64,000 nucleotides of DNA from Candidatus Yanofskybacteria bacterium RIFCSPLOWO2_02_FULL_41_13 (GCA_001795735.1 MGKQ01000017.1:3326-67325), one strand, 5' to 3'. Counted from the stretch's first letter, positions 9,383 through 19,056 are shown. Made by a program: numbers and translations. Notes: generated by a model from the letters alone, not told the origin.

Positions 9383-9556
9383 AGATCCTTATTTGCTGGT
9401 GTTTATTAAAAGTTGTAATAAATGCTGGCTCAATTTTCAGATCTCTGGCGGAATAATTTTTTCTATCTAGGAGGACTTATTTCGCCAGGGATCTAAATAG
9501 CCCTGGCTCAAGTTAAAGCACTTAGCTTAATTCATTGAGTATCAGGGCTTTTTATT
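9383..9556 (+). ncRNA. Putative small RNA (three hairpins, last one a terminator)
   Basis: No ORF in track; stems GCTGGTGTTTATT/AATAAATGCTGGC, AGATCTCTGGCGGAATAA/TTATTTCGCCAGGGATCT, AGCCCTG..CAGGGCT followed by a T-run. Confidence 0.45.
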
Positions 9557-9639
9557 ATAAAAGTTTTGACCGTATCTAGCATTTTGCCTTTTAATTTCCA
9601 TCATGATATGCTGATTTATTCCCAGTTTAATACAGTCCA

Positions 9640-10005
9640 ATGGATAAAGAAGAATTAAAAAAACTTTTAGAGAACCTCAATAACAGGGTTAAAGAAATTG
9701 ATAACGAACTAGCCTCGATAGCTACGGAGAATCCCTTAGTTCGGGGTGATTTTAATGTTCGCGTCGAAGATGTGGGACAATCCCAAGAAGATGCGGCCCA
9801 GGAAGCTGGCGAGCTGGACAGACAGCAAGCATTAGTTAATACTCTTGAAACCGAGAGAAAAGATGTAATTACTACCATTAATAAGATTAAATCAGGTGAA
9901 TACGGTAGGTGTGAAAAGTGCTCCACAGACATTAATCCTGCCAGACTAAGAGCAATGCCAGCTGCTTTGTTCTGTATAGGCTGTGCTAAAAAAACAAGAT
10001 TTTAA
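9640..10005 (+). CDS. TraR/DksA C4-type zinc finger protein
   Basis: YGRCEKC..INPARLRAMPAALFCIGC after a coiled coil. Confidence 0.9.
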   Translation: MDKEELKKLLENLNNRVKEIDNELASIATENPLVRGDFNVRVEDVGQSQEDAAQEAGELDRQQALVNTLETERKDVITTINKIKSGEYGRCEKCSTDINPARLRAMPAALFCIGCAKKTRF

Positions 10006-10044
10006 GTTTTTTAAACATTCTCCGGAGGGGAGAAAGATACATTT

Positions 10045-11589
10045 TTGTCTATCAGAATATTTTCGGCTGCTCTAAGTGGCATAGATGCTCAATTAATTGA
10101 AGTCGAGGTGGACTCAAGTTCCGGAATCCACTCTTTTAGTATTGTCGGTCTTCCGGATACGGCCGTAAAAGAATCAAAAGAACGAATCGGATCTGCTATT
10201 AAAAATTCCGGCTTTTCTCCTCCTAAATCAAAGACAAAAAAGGTCATAGTAAACCTAGCTCCGGCTGATATCAAGAAAGAAGGACCATCATACGACCTTC
10301 CTATTGCTATAGGGTATTTGTTTGAGACTAAGCAAATAAAATTTGATCCATCAAAAAAGCTTTTCGCCGGAGAATTATCTCTTGATGGCGAGCTAAAACC
10401 AACTTCCGGGATCTTAGCCATAGCCATGCTTGCTAAAAAGCTAAATTTCAACGAAATAGTCATCCCCTTTCATAATGTACAAGAGGCTTCTGTCGTTAAG
10501 GGTATTACCGTAATTGGGGCTCAAAGTTTAAGTCAAGTAATAAGCCACCTAGACAGAACTTCGCCCATATCCCCCGCTGTTTTAAGCACCGAAGGTGACA
10601 AGAGCTCAAAAGGGGGCGACTCTTTCACGTCAATAAGGGGGCAGGAATCAGCTAAAAGAGCCCTTATTATAGCTGCATCAGGAGCTCATAATATATTCAT
10701 GAGCGGGCCTCCCGGATCTGGTAAAACCCTTCTTGCGAAGGCACTAGTTGATATTCTTCCACCCCTATCTTTTGATGAGGCTATTGAGGTAGCAAAGATA
10801 TATAGTTCAGTAGGTTTAATAGATAATTCTAGTCCCTTATCCCTGAACCGACCTTTCAGGAATCCGCACCATACGACATCGGCCATAGCCGTTGTAGGCG
10901 GTGGGAAGTGGCCAAAACCCGGAGAAATAAGCCTGGCCCACAGAGGTGTACTTTTTCTTGACGAGTTACCGGAATTTCCAAGAAGTGTTCTAGAGAGCTT
11001 AAGACAGCCTCTTGAAGATGGTACAGTTGTTGTTTCCAGAGCTTCCGGCTCTGTAAAACTGCCATCTAAATTTATGCTTGTTGCTGCGATGAATCCATGT
11101 CCTTGCGGTAACTATGGTAACCTTAACAGTGAGTGTACATGCATGCCGTTTAATGTACTAAAATACCGTAAAAAAGTGTCAGGTCCCCTTCTGGACAGAA
11201 TAGACATCCAGGTAAATGTTCCGCGCGAAACAATTAGTGAAAGTGATGATAAAACTGAAGAAAATAGTGAAATTTTGAAGGAAGTAAGAGGCAAGATAAA
11301 CAAAGCAAGGAACATACAACTGGCAAGATTTAAAGAACTTGGCATTTTCAGCAATTCAGAAATGAGTTTTAAAAATGTTGAAAAACTGTGTTTAGCTGAA
11401 AAAAGTGCCAAGTTATTATTGAAAAAAGCTATAAATAAGCAGGGCTTATCCTTAAGGGCCTATCATAAGATACTCAAGGTAGCCCGTACGATAGCTGATC
11501 TTGAGGTCACGGAGATAGTCAAAGATCACCACATAGCTGAAGCTATTGGATTTAGAATGAACGAGAAGACGGTTGGTGAGTTGGGGTAA
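10045..11589 (+). CDS. comM: YifB/ComM Mg-chelatase-like AAA+ ATPase
   Basis: IVGLPDTAVKESKER, GPPGSGKT, PGEISLAHRGVLFLDELPEF, AMNPCPCG. Confidence 0.93.
   Translation: MSIRIFSAALSGIDAQLIEVEVDSSSGIHSFSIVGLPDTAVKESKERIGSAIKNSGFSPPKSKTKKVIVNLAPADIKKEGPSYDLPIAIGYLFETKQIKFDPSKKLFAGELSLDGELKPTSGILAIAMLAKKLNFNEIVIPFHNVQEASVVKGITVIGAQSLSQVISHLDRTSPISPAVLSTEGDKSSKGGDSFTSIRGQESAKRALIIAASGAHNIFMSGPPGSGKTLLAKALVDILPPLSFDEAIEVAKIYSSVGLIDNSSPLSLNRPFRNPHHTTSAIAVVGGGKWPKPGEISLAHRGVLFLDELPEFPRSVLESLRQPLEDGTVVVSRASGSVKLPSKFMLVAAMNPCPCGNYGNLNSECTCMPFNVLKYRKKVSGPLLDRIDIQVNVPRETISESDDKTEENSEILKEVRGKINKARNIQLARFKELGIFSNSEMSFKNVEKLCLAEKSAKLLLKKAINKQGLSLRAYHKILKVARTIADLEVTEIVKDHHIAEAIGFRMNEKTVGELG
11217..11232. 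promoter_or_regulatory. parS-like site (within comM)
   Basis: TGTTCCGCGCGAAACA versus consensus TGTTTCACGTGAAACA. Confidence 0.55.
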
Positions 11590-11605
11590 TGTTCCGCGCG
11601 GAACA
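11590..11605. promoter_or_regulatory. parS-like site
   Basis: Perfect 16-bp palindrome TGTTCCGCGCGGAACA. Confidence 0.6.
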
Positions 11606-11632
11606 AAAACTCGGCTAATTTGCCGAGTTTTT
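11605..11632. terminator. Bidirectional terminator between convergent genes
   Basis: AAAAACTCGGC-loop-GCCGAGTTTTT. Confidence 0.75.
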
Positions 11633-11634
11633 GT

Positions 11635-12729
11635 TTACTTTGCTAGCGGATTGCGGGCACCATGTACCTCAAAGTGTAAATGACATCCGGTAGAACGACC
11701 AGTAGAGCCCATTAAAGCTATCATCTGACCTCTTTGGGCGAACTCACTTTGACCGATTAAAAGCTTGGTCGCATGGGCATATAGAGTTTCCGTACCATTT
11801 GCATGGACAAGTTTTATAAACTTACCGAATCCGCCGTTATACCCAACCCCATCAGATACTGCGACAGAACCATCGGCGGCGGCATATATCGGTGTTCCGC
11901 AGGAGTTGGCAATATCAACCCCGTTTCTTCCATGAATTCTTCCCCAGTTGTAACCAGATGTCGGAATCATAAAGTAGTCCCCTAGATTAGGCAGATAAGA
12001 GAAGGACCTGTTGGTTGAGCTTGTTGAAGAGCCACTAGTTGCCACATAGATGCTCTTTACTATTCCATCTGGAACGACGATCTCATCACCTATTTGAAGT
12101 TCTCCGCTCTGAGGAAGAGTATTAAATTCAATTATTTTTGCCGAATCTGCTCCGTACTTCTTTGCAATAGAAGCTATGGTGTCATTCTTGGCAACCAGAT
12201 GGATTACTCCGGAAACCGGAGGAATCTTTAGGACTTGGCCGGGGCTTATACTATCCGCGTCCCTTAGCTTATTGGCCCAGATTATAGAGCTTATACTAAT
12301 TCCGTAGTCTGAGGCTATAAAAGATAGGAGATCTCCAATTTGAACCGTGTATTCTACGATTTCACTGCGTTGTGAGCTGTTAATATCAATATAATCAGTA
12401 CTGACCGGGTTATGAGCGAGAAACGAGTTCTCATTGATAGGAAGAGGGGTTATTGAGGTCTCTGGTCCACCCTGACCCAAACCTCCACTGCCGGCTGCGA
12501 AGGTACTTATCTCAGCTAACTGTATCGGTGGCGGGACATGGCCGATGATCGTAGCTGAGGTTTCCTCAATATACCTTTCTATTACATTGCTGAATAAAGT
12601 CGGCTGGCCTTCCCCAATTGATCCCTTGAAGGTCAAGAGCAAAAAAACGAGGAGCAGAGTTCCCCAGAATCCAAAACGCTCACTCTTAATTAAGCTGATG
12701 ATTTTTTTAATCTTTATTCTTCTGACCAA
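11635..12729 (-). CDS. LysM + M23 peptidase
   Basis: Two LysM repeats; HGRNGVD, YAH, GRSTGCHLHFEV. Confidence 0.92.
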   Translation of the reverse strand: MVRRIKIKKIISLIKSERFGFWGTLLLVFLLLTFKGSIGEGQPTLFSNVIERYIEETSATIIGHVPPPIQLAEISTFAAGSGGLGQGGPETSITPLPINENSFLAHNPVSTDYIDINSSQRSEIVEYTVQIGDLLSFIASDYGISISSIIWANKLRDADSISPGQVLKIPPVSGVIHLVAKNDTIASIAKKYGADSAKIIEFNTLPQSGELQIGDEIVVPDGIVKSIYVATSGSSTSSTNRSFSYLPNLGDYFMIPTSGYNWGRIHGRNGVDIANSCGTPIYAAADGSVAVSDGVGYNGGFGKFIKLVHANGTETLYAHATKLLIGQSEFAQRGQMIALMGSTGRSTGCHLHFEVHGARNPLAK

Positions 12730-12939
12730 GCTTCTAGAAGGAGACGAAAAAGAATTTTTAAATCGAGTATTGATAGGCTAAAAGGTTAGATTTTACGACA
12801 AAAAATGAGCATTTTTACTTTTAAACACAAAAATTCTCCGAAGAGAATTACAAGGTAAAGAGTAGCATTTTGATCTTATTCGTGTCAATATCGCTTTGTT
12901 GATACTCGGAGCATAAGTCTAAAAAATAAGACTAATTTT

Positions 12940-13311
12940 ATGAATGAAAAAATAATTGAGTTTGGAAAATGGGCCGAAGATTATGTCGCACAATATCTAA
13001 AGGGGCGAGGGTATACTGTTCTGGGCCAAAATTATCAGAAACCTTGGGGCGAAATAGATATAATTGTTGAGAAAGAGGGAGTCCTCATTTTTGTTGAAGT
13101 TAAGGCGAATAAAAGAGAGATGGCCGGCTTTGAACCGGAAAACAGAATAAATCCGGAGAAGTTAAGAAGATTGAACCGGGCGATACAAACATACCTAGCT
13201 TCAAAAAAATATAGTCCGGACCAGGATTGGCAAATTGATGTCATCGCCCTGACGTTTGACAAAGATAGGGGAGTGGCCAAAATCAAACACTTCAAAAATA
13301 TTGATGTTTAA
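12940..13311 (+). CDS. yraN: YraN (UPF0102) family endonuclease-like protein
   Basis: GKWAED..YL..GY, GEIDII, FVEVK. Confidence 0.9.
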   Translation: MNEKIIEFGKWAEDYVAQYLKGRGYTVLGQNYQKPWGEIDIIVEKEGVLIFVEVKANKREMAGFEPENRINPEKLRRLNRAIQTYLASKKYSPDQDWQIDVIALTFDKDRGVAKIKHFKNIDV

Positions 13312-13315
13312 TATA

Positions 13316-13540
13316 GCTAATCTCCTCCCCATTTTTCGACCTGTTGAATTTCTTCGGACAAATAGTTAAATTAACCTCAATTTAGTTAACAAATTTGAGC
13401 CTCGTCGCTCGACATCTTTTTATACTAAAAAGATATCGGACTCCCCACTCAAATTTGTGGAATAACATAAATTATCGGTTAATTTAACTATTGTGTATTC
13501 CTTGAAACCAAACGGTCTGCAAAATGGGGAGGGGATCAGC
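13316..13540. repeat. About 225-nt rod-like inverted-repeat element
   Basis: Nested stems CTCCCCATTTT/AAAATGGGGAG, AATAGTTAAATTAACC/GGTTAATTTAACTATT, ACAAATTTGAG/CTCAAATTTGT. Confidence 0.65.
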
Positions 13541-13559
13541 TCAGTTTTATTTATTAAGA

Positions 13560-13968
13560 GTGGTCCCACCTTTTTGAGTCAGTATTGTAAGCTTCTCCTT
13601 ACTCATAATAAAGAGTGAGCTCATCTCCCGATTTATTCTCCTCGCCTGCGAATTTCCTCTCTGGGTATAGTCTCCTAGCTTACCCCTAGCAGATCATTAA
13701 TTATCTTGCTTATATCTCCCTGAAACCGTTTGAGCAACTTCATAATAAACTCGAGATATTTATGAAAGTTTTTCAGAAGACAAAGAATTGGGAGTGAGTC
13801 TTGTCTAGTATTGGTAATGCTTATTACCAATATGTCTATAAGACTGACGAGCGGGACCCAATTTTATGTCTGGAAAATGAATAAATATCGAAAAGTTTAT
13901 TGATGTTGCGAAGGTGTTGAAGAGGGATATAAGCAAGACAGTAACCCTCATTTTACCTCACTTTCCAA
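13560..13968. ncRNA. Putative large structured non-coding RNA
   Basis: ORF-free; GGTCCC/GGGACC, GTCAGT/ACTGAC, CTCCCGATT/AATTGGGAG, and long-range TCTTGCTTATATC/GATATAAGCAAGA pairing. Confidence 0.4.
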
Positions 13969-13972
13969 GCCC

Positions 13973-14001
13973 TTTACAAAAAGGTAGAAAGGTGATATAA
14001 T
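13973..14001 (+). promoter_or_regulatory. sigma70 promoter
   Basis: TTTACA-17nt-TATAAT. Confidence 0.7.
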
Positions 14002-14069
14002 GTATATACACAGTCGAGACAGATCTTCGACAATTTTCGCCCCTTGAACGGGGCAGAGGAGAAGACAAA

Positions 14070-14864
14070 ATGAGGAGCATTCTTTCGTTTTTCGTCGTCG
14101 TCGCAACTCTGGCCACGGCCATTCCGGCTGAGGCTCAACAGAGTCCGCTCGTAACCTTGATGGCCGAAAGGATCATCAACAGTTCCAGCGGCATATACGG
14201 CGGTGGCTACTACGGCCCGCGCCTCGGTCGCAACTATGGGGGTTACTACCAGATCGAGCTGGCCATGGTTGTAGACTTTCTCAAAATGCCTGGAGTGCTG
14301 AACGCATGTACGCTGAGCACGAGCGTCTCCAACCCGGAGAAGCAAGTGGCGATGAACTGCCACATCATCATGAGAAGCTCACCGGAGAGCGTCCAGGCCC
14401 AGCTTGGGAACTTCCCGGAATCGGATCTACTCGGAACGCAGCACCCAGAAGCCGGAGTAATGCACATCCGTGCATATGATCCGACGCACAAGCCGTTCAA
14501 CAGAAACCACAAGGATTGCATACCTGTTGAATCACGCGCAATTCAGCCGGCACCGATGCCGACGGCAGAGGTGGCAACACCACTTCCGACACCACAAACC
14601 GTTCCGGTCAAGAGGATCGATCCAGAGGAGGAGATGTCTTGGAATACGGTCAACACTACCGACTTCACAGCGGTGGTCGTTGATCCGAACACGGGAAGGA
14701 AGGAACTGATCTCAGCAATGAGCTCAGCCAGCCTTTCAACTCCGACCGGTTCGAAACCGTACGTGGTAACGTTGCTTGTGCCGGGACGAGGCAACATCGA
14801 CAAGGTTCCCGGCGAGATTCGTCCCAGCAAAGACCTACAGGGCTGGGAAATCGTAGCCCGATAA
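14070..14864 (+). CDS. Secreted hypothetical protein, GC-rich
   Basis: Signal peptide ending AEA-Q; SD GAGGAG; Gly/Tyr-rich segment. Confidence 0.75.
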   Translation: MRSILSFFVVVATLATAIPAEAQQSPLVTLMAERIINSSSGIYGGGYYGPRLGRNYGGYYQIELAMVVDFLKMPGVLNACTLSTSVSNPEKQVAMNCHIIMRSSPESVQAQLGNFPESDLLGTQHPEAGVMHIRAYDPTHKPFNRNHKDCIPVESRAIQPAPMPTAEVATPLPTPQTVPVKRIDPEEEMSWNTVNTTDFTAVVVDPNTGRKELISAMSSASLSTPTGSKPYVVTLLVPGRGNIDKVPGEIRPSKDLQGWEIVAR

Positions 14865-14875
14865 AGGAGATTGAC

Positions 14876-15517
14876 ATGGAACGAATACTGAGAAGGATCG
14901 GATTCTTCTCCTCGGCGGACCAAAATCCGCCGACGGCAACTTGTAATCAACCTGAGGCACCGGGTCCGAACCCGATGCCTCAGCCGACACCACGCCAGGC
15001 AAGGACGAGAAATCGTCCACCGACACGCCTAGCGTACACACGTCATGCCTCAGCAGGCGACGGCGACGACGTGATTGTCAACCCAGCATGGAATCAGTTC
15101 AAAACAGCCATGGTCTGGATTGGGGGCATCGCCGTTCTTGCCTGGATCTTCGGCGGCGGATACCTAGCTGGCCGACCATCGATGGTTAGCCAGCAAACAC
15201 AACAAGTCGTCACCAATCACGCTCAAGTGCCGACTGCGACTCAGCAGACGGCCTTAGAGCAAGGAGCAGTGATGACAACGGAAACGATCAAGGAGGCATT
15301 GACCGAAGCAGGAGAAATCCTGTCGGCCACCAACGTAGTTCGTGGTCAGGTGAAGGAGATGGCTCAGGCCGAGCTCCCACCGACGCCACCCTCGCCTCCG
15401 CCTTCGGTCGAAAAACCGAATGCGGAACCGCCGCCCGCTCCACCCACCCTCACTGATGCCCAACAGCGCAACGAGGCGTTGAAACAACGCCTTCGAGAAC
15501 GCTACGACATCAAGTAG
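14876..15517 (+). CDS. Membrane-anchored Pro-rich hypothetical protein, GC-rich
   Basis: SD AAGGAG, one TM segment, Pro-rich tail. Confidence 0.7.
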   Translation: MERILRRIGFFSSADQNPPTATCNQPEAPGPNPMPQPTPRQARTRNRPPTRLAYTRHASAGDGDDVIVNPAWNQFKTAMVWIGGIAVLAWIFGGGYLAGRPSMVSQQTQQVVTNHAQVPTATQQTALEQGAVMTTETIKEALTEAGEILSATNVVRGQVKEMAQAELPPTPPSPPPSVEKPNAEPPPAPPTLTDAQQRNEALKQRLRERYDIK

Positions 15518-15522
15518 GTTCC

Positions 15523-15577
15523 AAGCTCGTACCTTCCAACCCAGTTCATCTGGGCCATCGGAAGGACGAGCTTTTTT
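15523..15577 (+). terminator. Terminator with nested hairpin
   Basis: AAGCTCGT-CCTTCC..GGAAGG-ACGAGCTT followed by a T-run. Confidence 0.65.
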
Positions 15578-15640
15578 CTTTATCTTGAGCCCACCGAAAG
15601 AATTGAAAAAATTCCCACAAACTGTAGACTATAATCAATA

Positions 15641-15741
15641 GATTTGAGCTAAGTTCGAGGCAGAATCGAGTATTGATTCGAGGCGTAGTAGGACTACGGC
15701 GAGAATCAAGCGGAGATTTTAACGAAGAAATTAGCCAAACC
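15641..15741 (+). repeat. Rod-like intergenic repeat, related to 47411-47475
   Basis: Shared TTCRAGGCARAATYGAG ... AGATTTTAACGAAGA inside terminal inverted arms. Confidence 0.55.
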
Positions 15742-15794
15742 TGAAAGGTGTGCCGCTGGCCTAAAATTCATATTAGGCCCGGCATATATTGATT

Positions 15795-16238
15795 ATGAAA
15801 CATATCACTAAAAGCCCGAAGGAAACTCAAAAACTAGGGCATTTTTTATTAAATAAAATAAGCGTTGGTACCCAAAAGAGCGGTTTGATTATAGCCTTAT
15901 CGGGAGAGCTTGGAGCAGGCAAGACAACCCTTGTTCAGGGATTGGCAAAAATATTAGGCATAAAAACCAAAGTAAAAAGCCCCACTTTTACCCTTATTAA
16001 GAAGTACAAACTTCCAAAAAAGTTTAAAAATTCTAAATATCTATATCACATAGACTGCTACCGCTTGAAAAATCATAAAGATTTATTATCTCTCGGAATA
16101 AAGAATATATTGAAAGACAAAGAAAATATAATTCTGATTGAGTGGCCAGAAAAGATAAGGAAAATATTATCCGACAAAAAAATAGACATTAGAATCGAGC
16201 ATATAGACAAGAACACAAGGAAAATAGCTGTAAGCTAG
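15795..16238 (+). CDS. tsaE: tRNA threonylcarbamoyladenosine biosynthesis ATPase
   Basis: GELGAGKTT, SPTF, HIDCYRL, IEWPE. Confidence 0.95.
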   Translation: MKHITKSPKETQKLGHFLLNKISVGTQKSGLIIALSGELGAGKTTLVQGLAKILGIKTKVKSPTFTLIKKYKLPKKFKNSKYLYHIDCYRLKNHKDLLSLGIKNILKDKENIILIEWPEKIRKILSDKKIDIRIEHIDKNTRKIAVS

Positions 16239-16256
16239 GTTTAATAGAATAATCTG

Positions 16257-16397
16257 TAGATCTCAGAGGCTATAATTCTAGCGAAGAAATACGCAGACCG
16301 ATCGGCTTGGTTCTGCGATCGGTCGAGTACTTAAGATTCGATTTCCGCTGGAGAAATCGAATGTGGTCTGAGTCTGAATTATAGTCTTTGAGATCTA
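16257..16397. repeat. Inverted-repeat element with two internal hairpins upstream of polA
   Basis: TAGATCTCAGAGGCTATAATTC/GAATTATAGTCTTTGAGATCTA enclosing GACCGATCG..CGATCGGTC and ATTCGATTTC..GAAATCGAAT. Confidence 0.6.
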
Positions 16398-16412
16398 AGC
16401 CACCCAATCAGT

Positions 16413-19055
16413 ATGAAAAAATTAGTCTTAATCGACTCAAACGCCCTAGTCCATCGGGCATTCCATGCTTTGCCCCCAACCCTTACCTCACCTAAGGGTG
16501 TTTTGACCAATGCCGTTTATGGTTTTACGTCAGTTCTCATAAAAATGCTTAAAGATTTAAAACCCGATTATATTGCCGCAACTTATGATTTAGCTGGCCC
16601 TACATTTCGCCATAAGGAATTTGAAGAGTATAAAGCCCACCGGGAGAAAGCCCCTGACGAGCTATACGCCCAGATACCACTAACCAAGGAAGTGCTTAAA
16701 ACATTCGGGATACCCATATATGAGAAACAGGGGTTTGAGGCTGATGACCTAATCGGTGCTTTAGCCGAGAGGGGTAAAAAAGAGAAGAATCTGCAGGTCA
16801 TAATCGTAACCGGCGACTTGGACACTCTTCAGCTGGTTGATAAAGATAAAGTCGTTGTTTTTACATTAAGAAAAGGCTTGACCGACACGGTAACCTACAA
16901 CGAGGGCGAGGTACAAAAAAGATATGGCCTCAAGCCAGAGCAAGTTGTTGATTTTAAGGGATTAAAAGGCGATCCATCCGATAATATCCCAGGAGTACCG
17001 GGGATAGGGGAGAAGACGGCAGCGATGCTTATTCAAAAATTTGGGAGCATGGAGAATCTTTATGACAGTATCGCTGAAATCAAAAATCAAAAATCAAAAA
17101 TCAAAAATCAAGGTTTATCAGAAAAGTTAATACAAAAACTTCAGGAGAATAAAGACCAGGCATTCTTTTCAAAAAAACTGGCCACCATCGTCAGGACGGT
17201 TGATATTGATTTCAGTCTTGAAAAAACAGATTGGCGTAAAAATCTCGATCTCCAAGCAATCGAGAAAACTTTTAAAGACTTCGGCTTTTACAGCTTAGTT
17301 AAAAGATTGTCCGAGATAGATGTACAAAGCTCTATATCAACGCTAGACCTTAACCTAGCGCCAGCCCTACTTCAGGAAAGCACTCATATAAAGTCCTGTG
17401 ACTCAGTGAAAGAAATAAAAAATGCCGTTGATAAAATAAAGCTAAAGAAAGAAGTTGTCCTGGAGCTAGTAGGCGATAGACTGGTATTTACCTCTGATAG
17501 CAAGGAGTTTTTCTCTACAAAAACCGAATTATTGAGCCTCCTAAAAGAAGTTTTCGAGGACGGAAATATATCTAAGACCGGACATGATCTAAAACCTGTA
17601 GCCAAGGAATTTCTTAAAAAAGGTATTCATATTAAGGGCCTGTCTTTTGATACTAAGATAGCGGCCTATCTTGTAAAAGCCGACAGAAAAGACTATGACT
17701 TGCCGATAATGTATCAGAACGAACTAGGCAAAGATCTTGCGGTGGGGGGTGCTAACCGCCTTGATGCGGTCTTAGAACTTAAAAAAATATTTTGGGATAA
17801 GCTAAAGAACGACGGTCTTATTAAAATCTTTGAAGAGATAGAAATGCCGCTGGTTCCGGTTTTGGCCGAAACGGAGCTAAATGGCTTAAAGATAGATATC
17901 AGCTCTCTTAAAAAACTATCGTTATCGGTTAACAAAGAGTTGTCTGGGTTAGAGAAGAAGATACACAAACATGCCGGCACCCAGTTTAATATTAATTCAC
18001 CCAAACAATTAAAGGAGATTCTTTTTGAGAGACTGGGCCTAAAAGGCAAGGTCAGAAAAACAGCTAAGGGCGCCCTTTCAACTGCGGCCGGAGAACTTGA
18101 TAAATTATCAGGCGAACATCCCATTGTTGATCTTATCCTAAAATACAGGGAGCTTCAGAAAATTAAGACTACTTATATTGAACCCTTCCCCCACCTTATT
18201 GACCAAAAGACAGGGAGGCTTCATACGACCCTCAATCAGACGGGTACTGTCACTGGTCGTTTATCAAGCCAAGACCCTAATCTTCAGAATATTCCTATTA
18301 AAACAGAGTTGGGTCAGGAGTTTAGAAAAGCGTTCATCTCATCTCCCGGCTATAAATTAGTGTCTCTTGACTATTCACAGCTTGAACTCAGAATCGCCGC
18401 CCATATTTCCGGTGATAAAAAAATGACCGAAGCGTTTAAAAGAGGGGAGGACATTCATACTCGGACGGCGGTAGAAATTTTTGGAGTCACGCCGGAAAAA
18501 GTCACGGCCAATATGCGCCGGGAGGCAAAAGCTATGAATTTCGGCCTTCTTTATGGAATGGGAATTCTTGGTTTTCAAAGAGCATCGGGTACATCGAGAG
18601 AACAGGCCAAAGAATTCATCAATCGTTATATGGCAGAATTCAGCGGAATTGCCCGATATATGGAGGATATCAAGAAAAAAGCCTGCAAAGACGGTTATGT
18701 TTCGACTATCCTCGGCCGACGCAGATACCTACCGGAGATTAATTCCGGCATACCTCAGCTGATGGCCCAAGCAGAGAGAATGGCTATAAACCACCCTGTT
18801 CAGGGAACCGAGGGGGACTTTCTAAGAATTGCTATGAATAGGATATCCGATTTAATTCACAAAGAGTTCAACGATAACGATGTAAAAATGCTTCTTCAGG
18901 TGCACGATGAGCTTCTGTTTGAGGTTAAAAATAATTTAGTCGAAAAAATATCAAAAGTGATTAAGAGTATCATGGAGTCAGTTTATAGACTCGATGTTCC
19001 GCTTATCGTTGATGCCAGATATGGCAATAACTGGCGGGATATGGAGCCAATTTAG
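16413..19055 (+). CDS. polA: DNA polymerase I
   Basis: 5'-3' exonuclease (FEADD, GDPSDNIPGV), DYSQLELR, RREAKAMNFGLLYG, QVHDEL. Confidence 0.97.
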   Translation: MKKLVLIDSNALVHRAFHALPPTLTSPKGVLTNAVYGFTSVLIKMLKDLKPDYIAATYDLAGPTFRHKEFEEYKAHREKAPDELYAQIPLTKEVLKTFGIPIYEKQGFEADDLIGALAERGKKEKNLQVIIVTGDLDTLQLVDKDKVVVFTLRKGLTDTVTYNEGEVQKRYGLKPEQVVDFKGLKGDPSDNIPGVPGIGEKTAAMLIQKFGSMENLYDSIAEIKNQKSKIKNQGLSEKLIQKLQENKDQAFFSKKLATIVRTVDIDFSLEKTDWRKNLDLQAIEKTFKDFGFYSLVKRLSEIDVQSSISTLDLNLAPALLQESTHIKSCDSVKEIKNAVDKIKLKKEVVLELVGDRLVFTSDSKEFFSTKTELLSLLKEVFEDGNISKTGHDLKPVAKEFLKKGIHIKGLSFDTKIAAYLVKADRKDYDLPIMYQNELGKDLAVGGANRLDAVLELKKIFWDKLKNDGLIKIFEEIEMPLVPVLAETELNGLKIDISSLKKLSLSVNKELSGLEKKIHKHAGTQFNINSPKQLKEILFERLGLKGKVRKTAKGALSTAAGELDKLSGEHPIVDLILKYRELQKIKTTYIEPFPHLIDQKTGRLHTTLNQTGTVTGRLSSQDPNLQNIPIKTELGQEFRKAFISSPGYKLVSLDYSQLELRIAAHISGDKKMTEAFKRGEDIHTRTAVEIFGVTPEKVTANMRREAKAMNFGLLYGMGILGFQRASGTSREQAKEFINRYMAEFSGIARYMEDIKKKACKDGYVSTILGRRRYLPEINSGIPQLMAQAERMAINHPVQGTEGDFLRIAMNRISDLIHKEFNDNDVKMLLQVHDELLFEVKNNLVEKISKVIKSIMESVYRLDVPLIVDARYGNNWRDMEPI

Positions 19056-19056
19056 T

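Noticed and set aside
13560-13968. RNase P RNA or tmRNA
   Set aside because: No GAGGAAAGUCC/ACAGAA..CGGCUUA pair and no tRNA-like GGGG..CCACCA ends on either strand; the same check fails for 34670-34880
18994-19056. Upstream ATG starts for mutM
   Set aside because: They overlap polA and would mask the catalytic N-terminal proline
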